Positions 33,901-46,300 of a DNA stretch of 64,000 nucleotides are shown in pieces. Positions within the stretch are counted from its first letter, which is position 1. Each line of letters opens with the position of its first letter. The stretch comes from Cyanophora paradoxa CCMP329 (taxonomy: Eukaryota > Plantae > Glaucophyta). The translations under genes and the position numbers were made by a program. The stretch is from NCBI GenBank assembly GCA_004431415.1, contig QPMI01000524.1, forward strand, positions 124,001 to 188,000. The letters run 5' to 3'. The notes under the pieces were generated by a model. It did not search any database, was not told the origin of the DNA, and worked only from the letters and a program-made list of their open reading frames with translations.

Positions 33901-36900
33901 CTTTTCCTCTCCCTCTGATCTGTCACCCTCCCTTCCAGCATCGCCGCCGCCCGAAACGGGCACATGTGCGCTCCGCCTTCCCCCCCCCCCCCCCCCCCCC
34001 CCCTGCACTGACTCTTTCGGGCGCCGCTGCGGTCGGCGTGCGCAGCGGCGAGCTGAGGGCGGCCTGCGAGCGCGCGTGGGCCCTCGCCACCTCCGTCCTC
34101 CACGACTGGATCGGGTGCGCATGCTTCGGATCCTGGATCCTGAGGGGGTAGACAACGGCATAGAGCGCCTGCGGGGCTGTTGGATCGCCTGTGGCAGTCA
34201 CGGGAGCTGACTGCTGCTGCGCCGTCCGCCCCGCCCCGCCCCGCGCCGCGGCGCGCCGCAGGCTCGTGCTGGACCTCGTGCCCGTGCCCGTCGCCCCCTT
34301 CATCGCCCTCTGCCGCCACGCCGCCCACGCCGTGCGCCGCCGCGACCGATCGTGGGGCTCGCGCGCTTAGACCGCCTTCCGGGAGACTCGCGATCGCTTA
34401 GCTGCCTGCTTCCACAAGCGCGGCGCATGGGCCCGGCCTCCGACTGAGCGAGGTTTCGGGGGCAGGCGCGGGGGCGGCGGGGCGAGGAGCCGCTGCTCCT
34501 CGCGCAGGCGCTGCTCTGGCTCGGCACCCGCCTCCTCCAGGTGGCCCCTCCGGCCGCGAGAGGCGCCGGCGCCGCGCCGGCCCCGCGCGGCGCCGCTGAG
34601 CGGCCGGGCGCAGACGCGGCGGGACGACGAGGCCCTCGGCCACCTCTTCTCCGCGTGCGCTCCGCCCTGCTCTTCTAGAGGGCCGACTTCGTAACTCCCC
34701 GCTCGCTTTTTGCATCTCTAGCTGCGCGTCCGCGTCTTTCCTCCCCCTCCCTCGAGCTTGCTCCCCGGCGTCTTGCCCCTCTCCCTCCCGCCTCGTCTCG
34801 AGCCTCGAGCCTCGCCGCCGGCAGGTGGTCCCTCCTGCGGGGCGCCGGGCTGTACCCCAGCCGCGAGGAGGCCTGGGCCATCCGCCTCATCGCCCAGAGC
34901 TACGGTGCGCCCGCCGCCCGGGCCCCCGCGCCCGAACCAAGAGACCTAGAATCACTAGCGACGCTAAGAGCAATCTAGCGACGCTAAGAGCAATCTTTGA
35001 GCCGCGAACCTTCTATAATCTTGCGTCCTGGTGCCTAAAGTGCACGTTGGAGTAGCGGCGTTGTAGGAGATCTAGAAGAACGGTCAGGCGACGCGGGGTG
35101 GGCTGAAGCGCGCGCTGCGCACGCGTCCCGCGCGGGGCGGCCTCGAGTGATCCCGGGGGCCGGCGGGCGGCGCGGGGGGCAGTGCGGCGGGACATGCTGC
35201 GCGAGGCCTCCGAGATCGTCGGGGCGATCTACTGGTCCGCCCTGCCCCGCCCGCCCTCCATCCCCACCAAGCGCCCCGCCCTATCGGTTGCTCTAGGCCT
35301 GCGCTCTAGGACTTGGTGTGCTGGCGGGGATGAGAGTCGGGGGCGCTCGCGCCGCGCAGGTTCGAGGACGGGCCGGAGGACCGCGTGCTCGAGCTCTGGG
35401 CCACCTGCACCCTCCGTGCGCCCCCCCCGCCCCGCCCCGACCGGCCCGCGAAGTGCGGGGGCCGGCCCTTGGCTGACGGCCGCCCCGCGGGGCCGGGGCG
35501 GGGCGAAGTGATGTACCAGGCGAAGGCGGGCCTGCCCCTGGAGGCCCTCCTCGACCGCACGGCCGCCGTCCTCGGCCGCCTGCCCCCCGAGCACCCCGAC
35601 ACCGGTGCGGCCCGGAGCTGGGCCCCCAGAGCCCTTCCCTTTACATGGCTAGGCCGATCTATCTATCTAGACCTCGAGTTTCTCTCGCACCAAGGGTAGA
35701 CTCGCGATCCCCCGATCGCGTTTCGCGCACCCCGACCCAGGCCCCTCTGACGTTCTGCGTGCAGACATCCTGCAGGCTGTGATCCCCGTAGCCACCGCCT
35801 TCATTCACATTAAGAGCGGTGCGCCCATGTGATCGCAAAGATCAGCCAGCCATAGTTCTGGTGTGCGATCGCGCATCGGAAGGCGGCGCGGCCTCTGCCA
35901 GCTATCTAGCGCTGTCTTTCGACATATATGTAGTTTTTCTACAGCGGTGCGCGGCCAAGTCAGCGGTCTGCCCGAAGCAGCAGTTCGATACAGCGAGGCT
36001 CGCCGGGCGGAGGGCCGCACTCTCTGCCCCGCGCGCCTCGAAGTGTGACGCCGGCGCGCCCCGCAGGCTCCTACTTGAAGGCAGTCCTCGCGTACCGCAA
36101 GGCCCGCCCCGGGCCCAGCCCTCGCGCACCCCTCGCCCAGCGGAGCCCGTCGCTCGAGCTTGATGCTTCTCGCTGCAGGCGATGGTGCTGCTCTCGCAGG
36201 CGCCCTGGACGTACATGTGCGACTTTGTCACTTCGTTCGCCGTCAATTTCTCAGGGTGCGCGGTGGCTTCTAGGCGACCCCGTTCGACGAACCGGGGCAG
36301 AGCGCTCCGGAGAGGCCTGGGGCTGTTGGTGACCGGGGGGCCGGGGCCGGGGGCAGGTCGGAGCCGGCGTCGCTGGCCCGAGGCGTGCGCATCGCGGCGG
36401 GGCTCCAGCGCCTCTTCGACTGGACGTGCGCCCCGCCCCTCGCCTCGCCCCGCCCCTCGCCCGCCGCACGAGCCAGAGAGGCCGGCTTCGACGAGGTCGA
36501 CGAGGGCTGATGGCGGTGCGCGCAGGGACTCGACCCCGGTGCTCGCCCACTTCCTCGCCCTGCTCGGGCGCCTCTACATGCGCTGCGGCGACCCCGCCAG
36601 CGCCCAGCGCGCCTTCCACGAGGCCCTCGCGGTCCGCTCTCGTGTATATCGCTAGATCAAATTAAACTAAACTACATTAGAAAGACATTAGAGCTACACT
36701 AGCGCTAAATGAGAGCTATAACATCTTATCTAGACCTCGGTTCCAAGCGGCCGTCGCGGTCCGCTCTGCATAGATCGAACTGCGCCCGAAACACGCGTTG
36801 ACGCAATGGGGCTCTCCGAAAGTTCGTTCTCTGCCCTGAAATTAACTTATACGGGCATTAAGTTTTTAACGTATGAACATATTCGTCGAATGAACGAAAG

Positions 36901-37221
36901 CTCCCCTATTATAATTAGAGTTGTGTTGGAGCTTGGTCGCAGGAGACCTTAGATTTGTGGGAAGGAAGGGGGAGGGGGGGGGGGGGGGGGGGGGGGAGGG
37001 GCCGATTGAGGCTGAGCGGGTCGTTCATTCTGAAATGGTTCGCTAATCGAAGTCGGTATTTGCGCATGCAGGCGTACGGCAAGTTCGGCGGTATATTCCC
37101 CCGGGACCACCCGCGCATCTGCTTCCTCCGCCTCGCCCTCGAGACCTGCCTGGGCTCTCCGCGCCCCCGCCACGTGTCGCGCGCGAGGCTTTCGTCGGCG
37201 ATGGGGTGCAACGAGCATTAA
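30985..37221 (+). CDS. Multi-exon hypothetical protein with C-terminal TPR-like helical repeats
   Basis: MRSSEPTFEEP.. first exon splices in frame to RCQRPHAYD. Later exons include LLDRTAAVLGRLPPEHPDT, VLAHFLALLGRLYMRCGDPASAQRAFHEALA and FPRDHPRICFL (kinesin-light-chain-type TPR '..HP..' motifs). TAA ends at 37221. Confidence 0.6.
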
Positions 37222-40200
37222 CCGTTGAAACGTTGATCGTGAGCTACATTCATGTTCGATGAAATACATGTAGTACAGTGAGGTGGGAGATGGTGATGTA
37301 CATGTGCATTATGACCTAGTTACCACTGACTTACCAGTAGCTTAGACTAGAATCGGCGTATTCGGCCTCTTAGACATGTACAGTACTAGTACTGAGTTCT
37401 GTAGTGAAGCCGGAGTAACCTGGAATTTCGGAAGCAATTGCAATATATGTATAATACTATGATAAAAGAACCGCTGTACGTATACTACTGCGGCTGTAGT
37501 GCACGTGTGACGTGGCAGGCTCTGGCAGCCTGCATGCGCAGCCTGGCAGCTAGATCGATCCAGAGCTGGCCGGCACTGCCCGGCAGCGGCCCAGCCGAAC
37601 AGCTGGCTGGCTGGTTTTGGACTTTTGAGCTGGCCCGTCGAGGCATCATGATGCGTCAATTATGATCCATCATGATCGATCATGATCATGACGTCTTCCC
37701 GCGATCAGAATCGTTTACCAGGGCATTTCCCACTCCTAATTCGCTGCGCGGGCTCTCTGCTGCGTTTCTTATGCATCGCGACGTGTTTAAGACTCGTTCC
37801 TGACCAGTCTGGATAGATATTGGGCCCAGGGTTCGCCTGAAAGAGGCCCAGACCCCCCTCTTCCCGGCCCATGGCCAAGATTTCAAAAGTTTTTGAGGCA
37901 GACGATCGCGAGTGGTTGATCAACCTCCTTCAATGTCAAGATGGTGTGTTATGTGTTTTAAAAGCTGTGTTAAGCGTCTCCGCGCCCATTCTCAAACTGC
38001 GAATCGGTGCGATCTTGCATCGCCAGTGGCTAAGGGTGGTGCCCCCTGTACCCCCCACGGCACCACAGCAGCCTTTCAACATCGTCAGAATCGCTCCAAA
38101 CCTCCTCTGACTAGCGTATACGGTGTCTTCAAGCTGTATAGATCGCATAAGAGGTTGTTAAAACAGCGCAGGCGACCAGAAACACCGTTCAAACACGAGA
38201 TTTGTGCACACACACCGTTTGCACTGTACAGGTACCCCCCCTCACATCATGATGACGATCGATATCATCATAATCCGAGGTCATCATGATGCGTTAATTA
38301 CGTCTCATCATGATGGCGTCATCATGACGTGCGCATCATGATGACAGCACTACGACGCTGGCCATGGCTGGGGGATCGGCTCCAGGCTAGAGGTAGGGCT
38401 TGAGGGGGAGGCTTGATAACATCAAGCCCTGGGGCTGGCTGGCTGGCCAGCTGGCCTGGCCAATTGCAAGCTGTCGGCTCCGAGGCTCCTAGCTGGAGGC
38501 TGCAGCTGGCCGCCAATTGCAAGTTTTTTTTGCAACTGGCCGGCCAATTTTAGGCTGGAAGCTGGCGGCCGCGGCCAGCCCCGGGCCGCTGGCAAGGCTT
38601 CGCCGGCTTGGGCTGGCCCGCTGGCCAGAGGGAGGGCAGGCTGGCCAGTGCCCTATACATATATACTTCTAGTACAAGCTACCGCGGCCGGCGCGCTACC
38701 GCCAGGCTGCGCCAGCCTACCGGTAGCACTTTGACTTGGCATTCAATGATCGGATTTCAAAATAACTGCAACTTGGCAAGTTTGCAATGATTTCATGGCC
38801 GCGGAGGCTTTGCAATGATGTCGTGGGGACTCGTGGCCACAGAGGCTTTTAGAATTTTCGCGTTTTTTTCGAGAATCTGAAGTACTCGGATCCTCTTTGT
38901 GATCAGCTCTTTGCGACCAGCGACTCAGGGTGGTGAGTCAGGGAAGTCAGGGCCTGGTAGGCTAGCGCTCTATAGCTAGCGGCGGTCTACTAGGCCGCGG
39001 GCTACCGCCGCATACCGGTAGGCGGCGGTGGCCTCGAGCTCTAGCCTCCAGTCCCGGACCCCCGGTACCGTGGTACGCCGCTCTACCGTAGTACTAGGCT
39101 AGTACATGCCATACTATGATATGCCGCAGTCACGGCCGCGGTGCGGGCCTGTAGGCCCTGTACGGGCCCTGTACGGGCCCGGCCCGGCCCGGCGGGGAGA
39201 GCGGTCCTCACCATCACTGGCATGGATATGGCATGGTCAGATTCTGAGGCTGAATCGGAATTAGATGAACCACCGTGGCACACAGTCGCACACTGGCCCA
39301 GTGGCCGCCGGGCACTGTGGGGCACATGCACTGCGGCATGAACCACTTGCATATACAAGGCCTAGACGGAGCTCGAGGCTAGACCGTGAGACTGGCAGCT
39401 GCAGCCGCTGAGCTTTCTTCCGAAGTTCGAGCGACTCGGCGACTCGGCGAGTCGCCGAGTCGGCCGCGCGAGACCTCCACTGGGCCAAATTGCGCATGCT
39501 CGCAAACTTACTAGGCTTTAAGGTTCACGGTTACAACTAGATAAGCCGCTGAGCCGCCGGCGCTGCGCTGAACTTCGGGACCCCGCCGTTACCCCCGGGC
39601 CCGTGGGCCGTGGCAGCTTAGCCGCAGCTATCGTAGTACTAGCTATAGGCTACAGGCTACAGCCTGCTTCTACCGTAGTACCGTAGTACCTGCAGCCTGC
39701 AGGCTGCAGCCTGCAGATCCGGCCTCTCGATCCTGCCGCCGCAGCGCAGCTCGACTTTTCCAACTATATTTACACTAAGTTATAAGCCTTAAGCTTGGAC
39801 GTATTATGGTAGGCTCGAGCTCTGCTAGCTATAGTACTAGGCCATATATAGAACTTTAGTTGGCGTTAGCGCAGCGGGCGCTATTGCAGTCCTAGCTATA
39901 GGCCTGACTGCTGCAGTGCTGCAGCGGATCAGCACCCCCAGCTGTGCACGTGCAGTCGGAGGCTCGGATCCGGAGCACCTGCCGCGGCGAGCCATTTGTA
40001 CATATACAGCGTCACTACCAGGCGCGCGCTAGCCCAGATGCAGGGATCGTAACGGTGTGCATTCATGCGCGCACCTGTAAACGTCAGCTGCTGTGCGTAT
40101 GCATGTGCACGTGGGGCACATATACGGTTGTGCGCCAGTCCACACGTACGCCATCGACGTACGCTACAATGTGTACATTTGCGTATACGCTCCAGCAACA

Positions 40201-40349
40201 TGTACAGCATGTACAGCAAGGATTCGGATCCGCAGCTGCAGACAGCGTTCCCGGCCGCACCCGCTCATGCTCACAATCAAATACTCATCTATAGCTACAT
40301 AGCTATAGCTAGATCCCCGCCACTCTCATGTCTTCACGTGGCCATATTC

Positions 40350-43300
40350 ATGATCTTGGCGGCTTCGCTATATGCACGCCTCGCTGTGCCGGTGGCCGCG
40401 CAGACGATCTCATTCCAGGACCCCTCTACTCTCGACATGTTCTTGAAGGCATCAGTTGTTCTTGCTTTATGTTCACGCGGACGGCTTCTGTGCTGATCAG
40501 ATTTGATTTCCCTCTTCAACGTTTTTCAGGGTGATTATCTGGAGGTATGTACATGCATATGCCCGGCCCGGGCCAGATGATAGATTTTCCGCCCTTCTGA
40601 ATCAAAGCAACGCATTAAAATTGAATTCGCATCCAGATTGGCATTCACTTTGCCGGGAGCTTTGGAACGTCTACCTCGCCTCCTCCCGAGCTCGGCTTTC
40701 ACCCGTGCGCTCTCTAACAGCTCGCCTTCACACGCTTGCTGCCAAAATCCATGTATAATGCTGCATCCGTGGCGCGCATGCGTCAGATATCAAGGAAAGG
40801 TTGGAATGGTGGTATGTAGCCCCATGCATTCGAATTTGGATTCTATTGCACTATTACTGGCTGGGTTGCGATGATATGGCGTGCCGCACAGCTTGACCAG
40901 GATATGGATGGCTTCGATGTTGGAGATCCACCCTAGTGAGCACGCGATTAGATTTCAGTAGCTATTAGTGAGCGCGAGCATCCCACTTCCAGTTTGACCC
41001 CTCTTTGTTTGCTCTTTTCTGCCGCAGCTCCGGAGACTACGTTCGTTTTTCTATATGCCTGTATACCTACACATCGGCATGTGCAAATGCGCCCCTCGTC
41101 CGTGTGACAGTTTATCCCGGGATCCCCCGAGGAAGGATTTACGCTTCAGTGGACTGCAAATGGCCAAACGTTCACGAGATCCAACTTCGGGCTCATGGGC
41201 GTCTACGAGGTCTGCTGGCTATATATATATAGGCGTACGCATACGTGTATACGCAGTTGTCAACGCGGCTATATCTGCCTAACATGCCGAATGCATATGC
41301 GTACACAGGATTAATATATTGCTTGATGGTTAGCTCCAAATTGATAATGAACGCGCGCTGCGTACGCAGATTCCAATGTTGTACCTCGTCGATCGGAGTA
41401 CCCCGACTTCATGTGCCGCGCAATGGGCCGGTCTTGTTGAAGGCGTACTGCAAATCACCAAGTACATCAGCTTTCCTCAAGCAAGTTTCCGTGCTCATGC
41501 CCTGGCAGTCAAATGAAAAGCTTAACTCGTTTGCGCAGAACGCGCTCTACTTCACTGAAGTAGTGCGTACTATTAATCCAACTCATCCACAAGTTAAGTG
41601 CATCGATCGCAAGCAGATTGAAATCAAGAACCTGGGTACTACACCGCTTACTGAAGTATACTACATGCACAACCTGGGTGAGATACTTCAGCGCGACGTT
41701 CAGACTATAATCTGTTCACAGTTTCCTTGCTGACGGCTTCACGATCAGATCCCGACCAAGAAAGTCCGTGGGGAGGAGGCTCAACGACTACGAACAAGAT
41801 TAACGCGCAGGTCGACGCTGCCTCATTTGCGGTGAGAACTCCGCGCCACAGAGCCCCGCAAGCGCGCTCGAAACTCGTTAGCGATTGCATAATCTTTGCT
41901 GGCAGACTGTCGCTACAGGTTGCCTTGCCTGGGTAGAGGCCACCGGACTGGTATATAACCTACCAGCATAATGCTCACTTCAAAAAGGTCCCTCTTTTTA
42001 CTTTGCCCTTCAGGTGCACGGGCAACACATATCGTTATGCACTTCTTCCTGCAACGCTCGCGCGTCGTACGGCGGCTTCTCAAATCGCGACCCGCTCTCA
42101 TTATACAACAATGCAGAAAGCCTGACAGTAGGCTCTACGGTGCACTGGTCATACATGACGAAAGCTTACGCATGGTATAATTTGTTCGCTCTTCGCGCAG
42201 CACGAGGGGGACGAGGCCATATCGCTAGTGTACAGATTCCCTGTCATAAATCCGGGCGAAAGTGTCCTTTTCAAGACCGCATTCGCCCTTGAGAGCTTTT
42301 TAGGCGTCGCTGCCGCCTTGGAATCTACGAGTTCTCCACCATCCCCTCCAGAGTACGTGTTCGTGGAGCTCCCTGTCACACCGAAGCCTCCGACGTACGG
42401 TTCGTCATCCATCTTCGGACTCCCGCAGCACTTGACATCGGGCATGCTCTCCGGATCCTGCCCAGGCGCTCTTTTCGGCATCTTGTATGGGACGCGCGGG
42501 CCACGCTCCATCAGTGTTCCGGAGTTGAGCTTTGGCCCAGAATTCAGTATCGAGTTCTGGATACAGCCAAGACAGGATCAGGCATTTGAGGGCTGCCTCA
42601 TAGGTCTGCCGAATTCGACGTCGATACCTTTCTTCAGCTTCGAGCGCGAAACCTAATTAATTATAACGCATGCGCATGCCTCTTACTGACCGCGGCCGAT
42701 CAGACTTCGGAAACCCCCCTGTCTTCACAAAAGCTAATATTCACGGGTTCATTGTATCATTCTGCCCGTCATCCACCTCGATCTGCAATGCAAGTTGCTC
42801 CTATACTGCAGCTGTGGGTGTATCTTTCGATTCTGTTTGGGCTCTGATATATAGTCCTGCACAGGTTCACTCTGGGAAACTCGCACTACTGGTTGACGTT
42901 TACAGCTCTTCGTCAACGAGAATAGATCGTGTTCTTCTGTTCGAAGGTGCTGACGGCATCCCGGTGCGCCGGGCGCACTTTCAATTCACTTTCTGCTACC
43001 GGTACCTGTATGATCATGAGCTTGTGGTGCTCACATGCGCTTCGAATGAATCAGATCTCGGGTACAGCGTGGGCGCACGTGGCCGTGACGTGGAGCTCGC
43101 CCGACAGCAGTGGCGCGAGCGCAGTCAAAGCGTACTTGAACAGAAACCTTGTCAGCTCAAAGACTGGAAAGGCAGTGCCCACAGCGGTGCGGGCGCAGAA
43201 CTTTTTGGGGAAGGCTAACGGGTTCGGTAAGCCGTACGCGACGAACGTCCTTGTCGGCGATTTCCGCTGGTGGCCGGGCACGCGGACCGCAGAAGAAATC

Positions 43301-46300
43301 GTGGAATCGTACAAGGGCACTGCGGCGTCTGGAGCGCGCCTGATTCATTACCTCTTCAACGATTGCGCTTTAAGCTCGGTTTGACCGATGCAGTTCATCC
43401 GCGAAATGTCACGCTCAGTCTAAGCCCGCTCGCAGACGACCAAATCGGCGCTGGACTCGAGCGGGAACGACCGCACTGCCTCCTTTGCCGATGACGTGGA
43501 GCTGACGTGCCCGCCAGCGCCCCCGCCTCCGCCTGAGACCTGCTCACCTCCGACAATCACGTCCATCCTCGCCGCCACCCCGGTCACGATATACGCGACC
43601 GTAGCATTTACGGCGGGTCAGAGCGTCACTCGCATCATCATTGTCTGCTCGGCTTCCGGGTACAGCACAACGACGGCCTCAGCGCGCACCACCGATGTTC
43701 TCGCGGCGGGGGTCACTTTGAGCTTCGGAATTGAACCGAGCTACGGGGAGGATTACACGCTGTCGTGCGTTGCGTACGCTCGCCGCTCGACAGGCTTCCA
43801 GTCTGCGGCTTCGTCCATCAAGACAGTCACCGTTTTGGGGGCGACTTCCCTGGCTGGACGCTCCCAGTCCGCTCTTGTTCCGTCTTCAAATCCTGACTCC
43901 TTCAACCTGGCACGCCGAATCGGTCCGGCGCATATACCCCCCTTTCCTCCCGTACCCCCCATCCGACTCTTTATGCTTGTCAAGGAACAAGTCCGGGGCT
44001 CAAACCAAATGACGGAGCAAAGCTCGTCGCTGCAGCAACCCTCCCCAGCTATGCGCTCGGCAGGCGACCTTCAGGACACCGTATCGGAGCTATTCTGATG
44101 CACGACGAAGTGAGCCATGCCTGTCATCTAGATCTTAAACTTCATACGCGCTATTGTGTGCTATCAAAATGCACGCCGCGGCGTGCACTCTGCCACCTGG
44201 AAAGAGTCACCGAGCGCTAATCCGCTGTTCATCACCACAGACATACTACTACTGCGACTTCAACTTGGACTCGGGAGAGTGCGATGTTCACCTCGGGCTC
44301 GGAATGTCACATGTGCGTATATACGTAGTCGTGAGCCTCGGAGCTTGCAATTAAGATTCGAAATTCCAGCACTCACAAAGAACATCCCTGCAGGACCCAT
44401 CGCGCAGGATAGATTTTCAGTTCGTTCCAATGAGTCCCTGGGCGCTGAAGGTGCCCAGAACTCAAGTATACACAAACTTTGAAACCACGCGTAGCGATTG
44501 ATATTGCAAGCTCATTATCGCGATCTGCAGGACCGCGATGCGCACTTTTCACCGCACGACATGTTCTCGCCTCAGGTTAACGACGTCGCTCTAGGATCTA
44601 GGCTTTTCAAATATGAACCGTAGCGTGTACACATTTCTAAAATCGGATCGTATATATTGCGCAGACGGACTGGGCCTGGAATCAATCGGCGTGGGACTAT
44701 CGTCACGCTGTGTTGGGCTCCGAGGTTGCTTCAGTGGCGGAACCGCCCTCGACCTGCCGTGGACACTCGTGCCTCGCATTCGCGGCTCGGCGATGGGCGA
44801 GCTTCGCATTCAGTCTCTGCGATTCCGACAATATCGACACCCTTGGGGCTGTCCGAGCGTGGAAGCCGCAGGAGTGTCCGACTGCGGACCCCTTCGACTT
44901 CATGCGGATGGCAGAGGTGCGATCTTTACGGCATGTATGCGCATGCGAAAGTTTGCCTGCTGTTGAACTTGGAATTGAAAAACGATGAATGCAGAACTCC
45001 GACTGGTTTGTGGACTTCAGACACTTTTTTGCATCATACGAGCGTCTTTTCTTCGAGATGCTTTCAGGAATTTCCTCTGGCGCCTCTCCAGAGCAGTGCG
45101 CCCCGCACTCGACTCCCTCGCGACCGATCAATCATGAACGACTTGCTCTTTCCATAGATCTAAAAGTTTAGCGCAGAGCCGAGTGGGCAGGTCACCTTGG
45201 GGCATTTATCTTGCACCAGCCGACAGTGCGTCCATCTGACGATGGCCAGCTTATCAAAACCTTAACATCCACATTAATATGCCTTCAATATTTGACATCC
45301 AAACACAGCCATACGGTAGCAACGGATCTATGACTGAGTACAAGAGGATGCATTTGCAACTACAAACCGAGCTTCTCAGCTACTACGAGAACATCAATGA
45401 CGAGAGAGACGCGATACCAGCTCCTGTCCAGGATCATTCATTCTTCCAGGCGACCAACTGCTTGGACTGTGCGTCTGTGCCAGCTGATAGTCTGCTTCAA
45501 CCTCTGCCCATATTAATATTTGCTTTGATAGTTGCGGATGTAGAACCTGTCGAGCATGGCCGGACGTTCGAGGCAAACGGGACCCTTGCGGACGTGCAGA
45601 GGGCGTATGGCCGCACGTACAGGGCTCTGCTTCTTCAAGATACGAGAATGTTCTCTTTCCCGCAGCGAGGCGTGGGCATGTTCGCTTCGTGGACGTCGTA
45701 TGGCCCCGAGGGCATTCTTCCGCTAATAAAGGCGAGCTTAGCGTACCGGGGTTTTGAAACGCACACGTACCGACCCGAGCGTTGAAACTCTCGCGCTCTC
45801 TGACCTACGATGATCTCGCAGATTTGCTCTTTTCCTATGGGCGTGGCTCTGCTGGCATTCAACCTGTCCGAGATAGCTCCAGCCGGATGGCACACTGAAG
45901 CGGGTACGGTCTACAAGAACCTTCCGTGCGAATTCTTCGTCTTCTTCGCGAAATAGATGTATATGTACTTTTAATGGGCGAGCAGGACCATAAATGATCC
46001 GCGAGCCACCTTCGCCGACGTGTTCCCACCTGGAGTTTCCATTCAAGATATGCACGCGGACGGTCGCGTTTCTCCAAACGGGCCTCTCTTGTATCACGCC
46101 ATTGTCCGAATACCGTTCTTCCCGACGGCAATCGCCTCCTGCACCCTGATCTCGAATGTCGTATGCGCCGAGGCGGACATCATGCATGTTACGGCGGTCC
46201 GCTTTTACCTCGTACTATATGCTACATTTTGGCCATAACGCGCATGACTGTAATAAAACACAGATGTTTACGTGGGAGGTAGATGTGTCGAAATTTGTGG

